Assembly: GCA_965602015.1 (NCBI GenBank)
Contig: OZ271918.1
Location: 1,824,001 to 1,888,000, forward strand
Direction: 5' to 3'
Source: Salinispira sp.
GTDB taxonomy: Bacteria; Spirochaetota; Spirochaetia; DSM-27196; Salinispiraceae
DNA: 64,000 bases
This document shows positions 41,526-50,580 of the stretch, one piece after another (within the stretch, counting starts at the first letter, position 1; each line of letters opens with the position of its first letter). A program made the position numbers and the translations under genes. The notes under the pieces were generated by a model, which was not told where the DNA came from, did not search any database, and saw only the letters and a list, made by a program, of their open reading frames with translations.

Positions 41526-41921
41526 GTGCAGATTCCGATTCAGGACATCCTGGTAAAAAACCGGATCAGGAAAAATCTCGGCGACATCGGCGGCTTGAAG
41601 GAGTCTATCCACCGCCACGGCATACTCAATCCGATTGTCATTAATGGAAAGAACGAGCTGATAGCCGGCCACCGCCGACTGGAGTCCGCCCGCCAACTGG
41701 GATGGACCCTGGTGCCGGTGAGGATAATCGATGAAGAGGATTCCGCCCAGAAACTCGAAATGGAGATCGATGAAAATCTCTACCGGAAAAATCTAAGCGC
41801 TGATGAATTGGCGGACGCCTACGAGCAGCTTGAAAAAATGCGCAACCCCGGATGGTTTTCCAAAATCCTGCGCGCCATTGCGGAATTTTTTAAGCGACTG
41901 TTTACGAGAAAAAAGCGCTAA
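41526..41921 (+). CDS. Stand-alone ParB/Srx N-terminal domain protein
   Basis: LKESIHRHGILNPIVI, LIAGHRRLESA, EIDENLYRKNL; only 131 aa. Confidence 0.85.
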   Translation: MQIPIQDILVKNRIRKNLGDIGGLKESIHRHGILNPIVINGKNELIAGHRRLESARQLGWTLVPVRIIDEEDSAQKLEMEIDENLYRKNLSADELADAYEQLEKMRNPGWFSKILRAIAEFFKRLFTRKKR

Positions 41922-41967
41922 GTACCGCAATCGCAATGCGGCTGCCGAACCCGTCACCGTCTGTCTG

Positions 41968-43542
41968 TCACTGGTCCCAGATTTCACTGAATAAATGGGG
42001 GGTTTCGCAGTAACGGCAGGTGAACCGGTTCTCCCCTGAGCGCACGAAATCCGCAAAAATCGGTTCGTGGTTGTCCGGATTGCTGACGCAGGCCTCGTTC
42101 TTGCAGCGCAGCCCCGGCAATCGGTATACCCTCGGCGGAGTGCTCAGGCGGTATTTCTCAATCACCTCATGATCGGAAATAACGTTGAGGGTAACTCCCG
42201 GCGAGATTGCAGAAAGCATCTTCATCTTTTTTTCACCGGGCATGGCCTGGTCGGGAAGCGAAATGATTCCCTTATAGGCACCCTCTTTGAAGCTGGGAAA
42301 TACTCCATGGGAGCCCATGGTGTTCAAGTCTATAATCCGACGTATCTTGGTGATCTGCTCCCAAATATCGCCGGGCTCCTTGTTTTTGGCGATGTGATCG
42401 ATGACGATACCCTTCTCCACCGGTTTTATCCCCACCTTAAAATCGGGCTTGGATGATGAGCTGCGGGTCGCCTGCTTGATGAAGTCATCGGTATACTTTT
42501 CGCTCTCCCGACTCTCCCCCTGGTAATCCTCCCCGAGCCTTCCGCCGACCATTGCCAGTTCGATAATCCTCGTCAGATAGCCGTTCATGCTTTGCTCGTC
42601 CCATCGGTTCAATGGAAGGGTATCGAGGAAGGTTGGTATGGTTGGCGTTTCGGAATGCCGCGGCAGGGGATGATAGAAGCGCAGATTTTCATCTACCACA
42701 TCGAGCTGCTCCCGGCGGAACGTCACCGAGCGGCGAAGCCGTTCAGCCTTATTCAGCAGTTTTTCTCCCATGCGCTCCAACTGAAGTCGGGTGAAGTACC
42801 ATATAGGAGCCTGCTTCTTCTGGGCGAGATACTCATCGATCGATGCAAAAATTCGGATTTCAAAACCCTTAGCCTTCATGGCATGTATGTAATGCTCGGG
42901 CATGGCAAGCTCGGGCGGAGCGATCAGGTCGACCTCCACCTCCCGGAATACTTCGAGACCGTCCACTTTGGAGTGAACCGTCCGGCCGTGAAAAAGATCA
43001 CCGACCAGGGCGATGTGGATGTGCTCCCGTTTCCAATCAAGCTGTTCGAGAAAACTGAACTCATCGAGAAATTCCTGGGTCGGATGCTCGTGACGGCCGT
43101 CCCCGGCATTAATGAAGGCCGGGCGCGGCACGCCGATTTTCTCGGCGTATTCGCTCATGCTGCCTTCAAGCCAGCGGCATACTCCTTCGATGCGGCTCCT
43201 GACAACAAAAACACTTGCTGAGGTTGAATAACCCACGAGCATCTTGATGGTGTCGGTGATGCTTTCCTTTTTCTGGAAGCTGGAGTTTTTCGCATCAAAA
43301 TCGTTGAGCTTCACCCCATGGAATTTGCCGGCATTGCGAAAAGACTCCTTGGTGCGGGTGGAATCCTCCATAAAAAATAAATACATGCCCAAATCCGGAT
43401 TATTGAGCCTGAAGTGCTCCAGGTCTCCGCCGGTTCTCAGTGCATCCTTCAGCTGGCGGGTTTTCTGATACAGGTACCATTGTTCATCGGAATGCAGATC
43501 CCGGACGATCTGAATTGTCCGGCCGGCAAAAACTGAGCTCAT
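41968..43542 (-). CDS. pyrB: Fused aspartate carbamoyltransferase catalytic and regulatory subunits (PyrBI)
   Basis: EDSTRT, HEHPTQ, GDLFHGRTVHS, HPLPR, followed by PyrI-like GIVIDHI and Zn motifs CKNEAC...CRYCE. Confidence 0.93.
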   Translation of the reverse strand: MSSVFAGRTIQIVRDLHSDEQWYLYQKTRQLKDALRTGGDLEHFRLNNPDLGMYLFFMEDSTRTKESFRNAGKFHGVKLNDFDAKNSSFQKKESITDTIKMLVGYSTSASVFVVRSRIEGVCRWLEGSMSEYAEKIGVPRPAFINAGDGRHEHPTQEFLDEFSFLEQLDWKREHIHIALVGDLFHGRTVHSKVDGLEVFREVEVDLIAPPELAMPEHYIHAMKAKGFEIRIFASIDEYLAQKKQAPIWYFTRLQLERMGEKLLNKAERLRRSVTFRREQLDVVDENLRFYHPLPRHSETPTIPTFLDTLPLNRWDEQSMNGYLTRIIELAMVGGRLGEDYQGESRESEKYTDDFIKQATRSSSSKPDFKVGIKPVEKGIVIDHIAKNKEPGDIWEQITKIRRIIDLNTMGSHGVFPSFKEGAYKGIISLPDQAMPGEKKMKMLSAISPGVTLNVISDHEVIEKYRLSTPPRVYRLPGLRCKNEACVSNPDNHEPIFADFVRSGENRFTCRYCETPHLFSEIWDQ

Positions 43543-43605
43543 GGGCATTTCTCCGTAAGAATAAGGTGGGCGGCAGACCGATTTCTGCCGCATATCTGGG
43601 CTATC

Positions 43606-45141
43606 TTATTGACCTACTCTCAGTTCGTCCAGATCAAGGGCAGTAAATCTTCCGTCCTTGCGCTGAACCAGCAGGGCGCCGCCTTCGATGACCAGGTCGC
43701 TTGCCTGATCCACGGGGATCACCGAACGGAAGAGCAGATTGAGATTCGCATCGAAGCGCCCGGCGTACCATTCGCCACCGTCGCGGATAACCGCATACAG
43801 GTCATCTCCGCTTCCGGCGATCACCGGGCTGTATACGCTCACTTCAGCATTACCCGCGAGCACAAAGCTCAGGTCTTCGCTGTCGAACAACACAAGGGCC
43901 GGGCTCCCGCCCTCCTCGCTTATCGCGACGATTCCCTGTCGGGTGGCCACGTAGTCCCTGCCGATAATCTCCCGTTCTCCGCTGGTGATAACATCACCGT
44001 CGTTGGCGTCAACCATGACGATGGTGCTGAACAACCGGTCTCCGGACACCCGTGCCCGGGTAAGCCGAACGGGATTCGGATTGACGACGGTTTGGGTAGA
44101 TGCCTGTTCTATGTCCTCGGCCACCTCTTCACGGATTTCCTGTGCCCGCTCGTCTGCGGCTTCGGTTTGCGCTTCCCGTTGCTCGTTGGCCGTCTCCCGC
44201 TCATCCAGATCTTCCTGTTGCTGCCGGATTTCCTCCTGCCTCTCCTGCTCCTGTTCGAGCTGTTCTTCAAGCTCTTCTCTTTCAGGGCTTTCTTCGGGCA
44301 GCTGGGCTATCTCTTCTTCGAGTTCTTCCACCGCCTGCTCGGTTTCCCGTTCCTGCTGAGCCAGCTCCTGCCGCTCATCGGCGATCTGCTGCTCTTCTTC
44401 CTCAATCTCGGTCGTTTCTTCATCGACTGTGCGGTCTATGAGGTCAGCGGCCTCCATTCGGTCCTCGAGGCCCTGGTCCTCGGCATCGGAGAGGGTCTCT
44501 TCCACCGCCTCGTCGAGCAGCTCATCCGCGGGAACCGAAGAAAGTTGCCCCGGAGCCGCATCAGATGCCAGAGGAATAACGATCTGTGAGGCGCCGGCCC
44601 ATTCGCTCCAGATGAGGGAGAGACCTGCGCTTTCGGGCCTCAGGAGGCTGACGAGCTCGGGTACATAGGCTTCAGAAAACTTGGTGAGATTTCCCCGATG
44701 AACCGCGTTGTATATGGTGACCAGGCGGCCGAGAAGTTCGGCATCCTCCCGGGTGTAGGCGTATCTGCTTTCCAAATAGGCTGAAATAATTCTCCTCAGG
44801 TTGTCGATATGATCGACCCGGGCGCCGGGAAGAAGCTCAAGAAGATCGGCACCCCGAAGAGGCGAATCCGGTGAAGGCAGAATGTGGGTAATCCGGTATT
44901 TCCCGGCGAAATCCCGGCTCTCGCCTGAGGCAATTTCGAAAGACAAACTCACCCCGATGCCGCGGATTTCATCTATGGTATCGATATCTTCGTAGGGCCC
45001 TGTATAATTGATAAAATTCACCGTATCGGTGACAGTGCTTTCCAATTCCTCAACATCGACCTCGAGGGCGAAAAGTCCGGACACAAAAAAGCCCATGGCT
45101 ACGAGCAGGAAAAAACACAGCTTATGCGAGAAATACTTCAT
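43606..45141 (-). CDS. P83/P100 family spirochete protein
   Basis: ALEVD..EL, FINYTGP, IRGIG, ADLL...ARVDHIDNLRRIISAYL, YNAVHRG, acidic coiled coil. Confidence 0.8.
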   Translation of the reverse strand: MKYFSHKLCFFLLVAMGFFVSGLFALEVDVEELESTVTDTVNFINYTGPYEDIDTIDEIRGIGVSLSFEIASGESRDFAGKYRITHILPSPDSPLRGADLLELLPGARVDHIDNLRRIISAYLESRYAYTREDAELLGRLVTIYNAVHRGNLTKFSEAYVPELVSLLRPESAGLSLIWSEWAGASQIVIPLASDAAPGQLSSVPADELLDEAVEETLSDAEDQGLEDRMEAADLIDRTVDEETTEIEEEEQQIADERQELAQQERETEQAVEELEEEIAQLPEESPEREELEEQLEQEQERQEEIRQQQEDLDERETANEQREAQTEAADERAQEIREEVAEDIEQASTQTVVNPNPVRLTRARVSGDRLFSTIVMVDANDGDVITSGEREIIGRDYVATRQGIVAISEEGGSPALVLFDSEDLSFVLAGNAEVSVYSPVIAGSGDDLYAVIRDGGEWYAGRFDANLNLLFRSVIPVDQASDLVIEGGALLVQRKDGRFTALDLDELRVGQ

Positions 45142-45143
45142 GA

Positions 45144-46898
45144 TCACCCCTTTACTATAGATAATAGCGTGTCATCGCGTACATTGCGAGAGGAATTCAT
45201 GCGCAGGATGCGCCGGCGGGCCTGTGGGTCATCGAGAAACGTAAAAAGAAGCTCCAGGGCGTCGACAACCTGCCGCCGATACTCGGCCGAGCGAACTACC
45301 CCGGATTCCCCGTCCGCCAGGTCCATAAGGTAGCGGTAATAGCTCTCGAGCAAATACCCCGGACGCTGCCATTCCTGTGATGAAAGAAGAAATCCCTCGA
45401 CAAACTCTACCAGGCGCAGCTCAGCGGGATGGGTCCGTCCTGTCAGCCCATCAAGAACCGCACTTATCACCTCTGGGCTGACTTCCCTACGAATCCCTTC
45501 GACGACGGCCGCAGCGAGACCGTCTCCTCCCAGGCTCAGACTGGCATTGATCACTTTTAACCGGAGAGCGGGATCGCTTAGCTGATACGCCCCTCCTTCT
45601 GCAGGCCGGTAGGACCAGGTGAGGAAATTCTCCAGGGCTTTTTGGTAGGAGAAAAGTCTTCCCCTCAGAGCCCCCCGCCGGGCGGACAGGATGATGGAGT
45701 CGAGCTGACGTTCGAGCTCGGTACCATCGGCTGAACTGCTTATCAAAAGGTTGTAAAGAAAGCGCCAGTGTTGCGCCTCAGGGATATTTCTCTCGCCAAT
45801 AACCAGACGCGCATCAAAAAAATCCAATGCGGTCTGCTCGAGATCGATCCGGTGAACCCGCCATGCGCTGTCAGCCAGGTATAACCAGGACCCCTTGATG
45901 ACCACATGAGTAAGGGTCCATTGCTCCTCGAGCCGCAAAAGTTCAACTTCGTTGCCCAGACCGTCACTGAGCCAGACACTATTGGCATCGTAGGATATAT
46001 AAAGGCCGTACCGGTCCCGCCCGGTCAGAAGCGGCTGGAAGAGCAGCCCTGAGCCGGTGAAAATGCCGCTGTCTACCTCGCTGAGGTCAGGGCTGTAGCC
46101 GGACCACAATCTCGATTCATCGTCGTGAAGAAAAAGCCGGTTGGATGACACAAAACTCCGGTCCGGGGTGAATGGCAGAGCAACCTCGCCGAGTAACGCT
46201 CCGTCAGCAGAAAATCTGCTGATTTTTTCGGCACTTATTGCATACACATCATTGACCTCTCCAGCGATGATGTGAGAATCGCCGGAGATCTGTAGTGCAA
46301 AGACCAGGTCCCCTCCCCTTCGCCCGCCGGCATCAAAACTGAGGTGCAGCTGTCCGTTTTGCAAAATCCGCAGCAATCGGCCGTCGGCCAGGGAGCGAAA
46401 CAGCTCAGGCGAACCTCCCTCTCCCAGGGGGAGTTCCTCATAGCGGTACCGCGGTTCTCCGTCCCGAATGGATACAACCTGAACATCGCCGCTGCGCATG
46501 GGTACATGAAGCATGCCCCCGGGACTGGCATACCATCTTTCCGCCGCTAAGCGCGGGAGGCGGTACTCCCACAGCGCTCCCCGCTCGAAATCCTGAAGGA
46601 GAATGCGCCGGTCTTCGGTGAGAAGTAAAAGGAGCTGCCTTCCCGACCCGTCAATCATCACCTCCGGGGTCTGCAGAAGCCGGCCGGTAAGAACCAGGTT
46701 GTCGTACCAGCTTTGGCCGTCCCGGTTCGCCGGCGTCGGAATAGTCGATTCCGTGGGAATGGTCTCCAGGGCTTGATCATTTTGGGCGGACAGAAAGGGA
46801 GCGAATACAATAGAAAAAAAGAAAAACAGGATAAAAAGCGCGCCCTGTATTGTGCGCAATACGCTAGAGTTCAACAAGCTTCGGGGCACTGCGCTCAC
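45144..46898 (-). CDS. Exported hypothetical protein, possible beta-propeller followed by a helical domain
   Basis: 584 aa ORF, N-terminal hydrophobic segment, 4-nt overlap with upstream gene. Confidence 0.6.
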   Translation of the reverse strand: MSAVPRSLLNSSVLRTIQGALFILFFFFSIVFAPFLSAQNDQALETIPTESTIPTPANRDGQSWYDNLVLTGRLLQTPEVMIDGSGRQLLLLLTEDRRILLQDFERGALWEYRLPRLAAERWYASPGGMLHVPMRSGDVQVVSIRDGEPRYRYEELPLGEGGSPELFRSLADGRLLRILQNGQLHLSFDAGGRRGGDLVFALQISGDSHIIAGEVNDVYAISAEKISRFSADGALLGEVALPFTPDRSFVSSNRLFLHDDESRLWSGYSPDLSEVDSGIFTGSGLLFQPLLTGRDRYGLYISYDANSVWLSDGLGNEVELLRLEEQWTLTHVVIKGSWLYLADSAWRVHRIDLEQTALDFFDARLVIGERNIPEAQHWRFLYNLLISSSADGTELERQLDSIILSARRGALRGRLFSYQKALENFLTWSYRPAEGGAYQLSDPALRLKVINASLSLGGDGLAAAVVEGIRREVSPEVISAVLDGLTGRTHPAELRLVEFVEGFLLSSQEWQRPGYLLESYYRYLMDLADGESGVVRSAEYRRQVVDALELLFTFLDDPQARRRILRMNSSRNVRDDTLLSIVKG

Positions 46899-48076
46899 CT
46901 CAAAGGCTCCAGGGTAACCAGGCTTTCGACATGGTGGTTTTGGGGAGAAAGGTCGAAACCCCGGATAGCCGTCACCCGATACGCGGCTTTTAATGTTGCC
47001 AGGTCACGGGCGAGAGTGACCGGATCGCATGATACGTAGACCAGGCTTCCGGGCCTGTGCCGGACAAGCAGGTCCTTCAGTGGCGAGTCGAGGCCGCTCC
47101 GGGGAGGATCGACAATTACCAGGTCTATATCATTGAAATTCGGCGTTTTACGAGCCGCAATCCATTTTTCCACTGACAGCGAATGGCAGCGACCCCTGGC
47201 GCCGATATTTTTCCTGGCATACTCAAGACTTTTTGGGTTTCTCTCAACAGCGTGCACCTCGCTGTAGGATTCCGGAAGAACAGCGGCGAATAATCCCGCG
47301 CCGCAGTATATATCGACGGCTTTTGCACCGCGCAGCGGAATTTGCGTCAAAAAATACTCCAGCAGTTTTTCAAGGCCGATAAGATTGCTCTGAAAAAAAC
47401 CCCGGACATCGAAGCGCAATTTCACCCCGGCGATAAAGAGCTCTATCTCCCCTTTCCCGGCAATGGTCCTCCCGGCTTGGGGAGTGAGCCCATAGGGTCC
47501 GGGGCTAAAAAGCGGAAGCCTTACGCCCTCCTCCTTTAAGTGGACCGGAAGGGATTTCCAGCCGCCGTCGAGAAATTCCTGAACAGCTTTTTCGGATACC
47601 GGACAGCGTTGTATCGGCACGATTTCATCACTGCCGGCCCGCATAAAACCGGGGCCGGACGCGGTCATATGGAACTGAAGACGGTTTCTGCTGTTCCATG
47701 CCTCACTGGGTACCACCATGAGGTCCGTGATTAAGGGGTCACCGGAGTCAAACCCGCCCTGTCTGACCAGGGCGTCGCGGAGAATTTCTTCCTTTATGCT
47801 TAGCTGCTGTTCATAGCGGATGTGCTGAAAGTCGCAGCCCCCGCAAATTCCGTAGTGCTCACAAAGCGGCTCTGTGCGATCCGGGGAGGCAGTGATTATC
47901 TGAGCCACCTCTGCCCTGCGGGCACCTTTTTTCTTTCGAATGGGCCCGAGTCGCACCAGGTCTCCCGGCGCGGCACCGGAAACAAGCACAACGCCATTGT
48001 CATCCCTGCTTAACCCGACTCCGCCGGGAAGGATTTTCTCAATATGGTATTCGTTCTGCACAGGATCAGCGTTCAT
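46895..48076 (-). CDS. RlmD/TrmA-family RNA m5U methyltransferase with TRAM domain
   Basis: CEHYGICGGCDFQH, FFQSN, DIYCGAG, VDPPRSG, YVSCDPVTLARD, HVE. Confidence 0.9.
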   Translation of the reverse strand: MNADPVQNEYHIEKILPGGVGLSRDDNGVVLVSGAAPGDLVRLGPIRKKKGARRAEVAQIITASPDRTEPLCEHYGICGGCDFQHIRYEQQLSIKEEILRDALVRQGGFDSGDPLITDLMVVPSEAWNSRNRLQFHMTASGPGFMRAGSDEIVPIQRCPVSEKAVQEFLDGGWKSLPVHLKEEGVRLPLFSPGPYGLTPQAGRTIAGKGEIELFIAGVKLRFDVRGFFQSNLIGLEKLLEYFLTQIPLRGAKAVDIYCGAGLFAAVLPESYSEVHAVERNPKSLEYARKNIGARGRCHSLSVEKWIAARKTPNFNDIDLVIVDPPRSGLDSPLKDLLVRHRPGSLVYVSCDPVTLARDLATLKAAYRVTAIRGFDLSPQNHHVESLVTLEPLR

Positions 48077-48229
48077 TGAGGGTATTGTACATTGGCCGAC
48101 CGGCTGAGGAAAAGAGCTGCCTGTCACCAGGGGGTAATAGCTGGCGAAATCACCGGATTCCCTTGTGAACCGCGGGTCATTAGGGATATACTGCGGAATA
48201 CCGTTCACTTATACTAATTGAGGTAAGCC

Positions 48230-48877
48230 ATGCCCAGTGTGAAATTAGCTAGCCTGCCGACTATAAAGCGGCTGCCTTCATATCTCCATGTTGTGGAAAG
48301 CGCCCTGAAAGAGGGCCGGGAATTTATATCGGGAACGATTATTGCCGAGGAACTCGAACTTGAACCCATCCAGGTGAGAAAAGACCTGGCGATTACCGGA
48401 ATCGTCGGCAAGCCCCGTATCGGCTTTCCCGTAGCGGACCTCATTGACGCAATCAACGCCTTCCTGGAATGGAACAAGACGCACCGGGCAATTATCGTCG
48501 GAGCCGGTCATCTCGGAACCGCGCTTATGGGGTACTCGGAGTTCAAGCGGCATGGCATGAGCATCCTGGCTGCCTTCGATCCGGACAGCACAAAAATCGG
48601 CGACACCATCAATGGTATTCCGGTGTTCAGCCTTAATCAAATGGTGAACAAGATCAGGGAACTGGAGGTGGAAATCGCCATCCTCACGGTTCCATCGGAC
48701 CAATCACAGGCCGTCGCCGAACTGCTGGTAAAGGCGGGAATCCGGGCAATCTGGAACTTCACCAATGTAAAGCTCAAGGTGCCCAATCACATCGTCGTCC
48801 AGAAAGAGGACCTCTCCTCGGGCTATGCCGTCCTGGCGGTCAAGATGGCCCGCATTCCTAAAGCAGTAACAAGCTGA
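48230..48877 (+). CDS. rex: Redox-sensing transcriptional repressor Rex
   Basis: TIKRLPSY, IQVRKDL, VGAGHLGTAL, AAFD, GIRAIWNFT. Confidence 0.95.
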   Translation: MPSVKLASLPTIKRLPSYLHVVESALKEGREFISGTIIAEELELEPIQVRKDLAITGIVGKPRIGFPVADLIDAINAFLEWNKTHRAIIVGAGHLGTALMGYSEFKRHGMSILAAFDPDSTKIGDTINGIPVFSLNQMVNKIRELEVEIAILTVPSDQSQAVAELLVKAGIRAIWNFTNVKLKVPNHIVVQKEDLSSGYAVLAVKMARIPKAVTS

Positions 48878-48880
48878 CCC

Positions 48881-48922
48881 ATGTCAGACGATACCACCTC
48901 TATGTCAGACGATACTACCATT
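48881..48922 (+). repeat. 21-nt imperfect tandem duplication of the start region
   Basis: ATGTCAGACGATACCACCTCT / ATGTCAGACGATACTACCATT (MSDDTTS / MSDDTTI). Confidence 0.85.
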
Positions 48923-49885
48923 GACACAAAGACTTCGGAGCAGGCTTCCATGCTCGCCAACCGGGTGAAGAAACGTCACCAACACCTAAGAAAGTGGGCG
49001 AAGCGCGAAGGGGTCGAAGCCTTCCGTATTTACGACAAGGACATCCCCGAAGTTCCCCTGCAGATCGATATATACGGAAAATATCTGCACATCGCCGAGC
49101 TGATCAAATTCAAGGATAAGGATGAATTCCAGCAGGAAAAATGGACGGTGCTGATGGCCGAAAACGCCGCCCGCGCCCTTGGAATTCCCGAGGAAAACGT
49201 ATTTATTAAAACCCGTAGAAAGCAAAAAGGCTGCAACCAGTATGAAAAATTTGCCAGGGACGGGTTTACAACCGTCGTTCATGAGGGCGGGCTTGAGTTT
49301 GAATTAAATCTTACAGATTATCTTGATACCGGACTTTTTCTGGATCATAGAACGACCCGCTCATTGGTACGGGATATCGCCGAGGGTGCGCGGATGCTCA
49401 ATCTCTTTTGCTACACCGGGAGCTTCAGCGTGTACGCCGCCCACGGAGGCGCTTTAAGCACCACGAGCGTCGATATGTCCAACACCTATTGCGCCTGGGC
49501 GGAGCGCAATCTGGAGCGGAACGGTTTCCCAACGGGAAATCTCCACAGGCTGGTAAACGCAAACGCACTGGAATGGCTGGATCAGGCAGTATCGAGAAAG
49601 GATCAGTACGATCTCATTGTCTGCGATCCGCCGACCTTCTCAAACAGCAAAAAGATGGACGGCGTTTTGGATATTCAGAAAGATCACCCCCGCATCATCG
49701 AACAGTGCGTCAGCTTGCTCTCCAAGCGGGGTATACTGGTGTTCAGCAATAATTTCCGCCGTTTTAAGCTCTATCAGGATTTGCTCGATAAATTCGCTTT
49801 GGTGGATGAAATCACAAACAAAACCATCCCCGAAGATTTTATCAAACGCAAACCCCACCGCTGCTGGATAATCCAGAAGCGCTGA
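48881..49885 (+). CDS. SAM-dependent rRNA methyltransferase (stand-alone RlmK-like domain)
   Basis: FRIYDKDIPE, NLTDYLDTGLFLDHR, LNLFCYTG, VDMSNTY, DPPTFSNSKKM, FSNN. Confidence 0.88.
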   Translation: MSDDTTSMSDDTTIDTKTSEQASMLANRVKKRHQHLRKWAKREGVEAFRIYDKDIPEVPLQIDIYGKYLHIAELIKFKDKDEFQQEKWTVLMAENAARALGIPEENVFIKTRRKQKGCNQYEKFARDGFTTVVHEGGLEFELNLTDYLDTGLFLDHRTTRSLVRDIAEGARMLNLFCYTGSFSVYAAHGGALSTTSVDMSNTYCAWAERNLERNGFPTGNLHRLVNANALEWLDQAVSRKDQYDLIVCDPPTFSNSKKMDGVLDIQKDHPRIIEQCVSLLSKRGILVFSNNFRRFKLYQDLLDKFALVDEITNKTIPEDFIKRKPHRCWIIQKR

Positions 49886-49895
49886 GCATCTGTCA

Positions 49896-50573
49896 CTAAT
49901 CGTCCCTTCCATCCCGGGCATCCAGGAACAGCAATATCGCGATACATATTGCGAGAATTAAGGCGTAGTGACACATAAGCGAGGGCATGGCCCGCTGCAG
50001 CCGGCTAAAAATCAAGGCGGTCACTGCGCTGGGAAGCATAAATCCCAATACTCCAAGCTGAAACAGGCTTAGAGAGCGACCCTCAGCCGGGGAAAGCGCC
50101 AGACCTTTCCTGAACAGCGGCAAGAGCATCAGCAGGAGGACGCCGGACTGGTAGTAGATGCCGTAAAGAGCCCGTCCGGGTTGGGGGCTGGTGTAAAGGG
50201 CGATAACCGTGTCGCAGTGGCGGAGCATCACCGACTGATTAAAAAAGGCGTACCACAGGCTGAAGGCAGCGGCCGCGAGAATATAGAGAAAAGCCGTTAT
50301 GCGGTAGCCCTTTCTGGGCATCATCAGCGCAATGTACACCAGGCCCAGGGGAGGCAGCCAGGTAATATCAATAAAGGCAGCCCGGGCGAAGCGGCCCAAG
50401 GTGGCAGGGCTGCAGTTCAGAGCTTCGAAAATCTGATACCCCCCAAGCAGAATGAGAATTCCGATTAACACCCAAAATGTCCCGCCCTTCTTTTTATGAA
50501 GAATCAGTGCGGCGATGATGATGCCTATTTCAATTCCTGCGGTAATCCAGGACAGTAGCGGTGAATACTCCAT
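49896..50573 (-). CDS. Hypothetical ~7-TM membrane protein
   Basis: 225 aa with about seven hydrophobic segments; starts 7 nt after the tyrS stop. Confidence 0.7.
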   Translation of the reverse strand: MEYSPLLSWITAGIEIGIIIAALILHKKKGGTFWVLIGILILLGGYQIFEALNCSPATLGRFARAAFIDITWLPPLGLVYIALMMPRKGYRITAFLYILAAAAFSLWYAFFNQSVMLRHCDTVIALYTSPQPGRALYGIYYQSGVLLLMLLPLFRKGLALSPAEGRSLSLFQLGVLGFMLPSAVTALIFSRLQRAMPSLMCHYALILAICIAILLFLDARDGRDD

Positions 50574-50580
50574 AGCTCAA

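Noticed and set aside
43609..44589. 326 aa Leu/Phe-rich + strand ORF
   Set aside because: Antisense to the Glu/Gln-rich coiled coil of P83/100; composition is a mirror artefact
48160..48212. Possible Rex operator upstream of rex (TTGTGAA and TTCAC half-sites)
   Set aside because: Half-sites are not arranged as TTGTGAA-N4-TTCACAA
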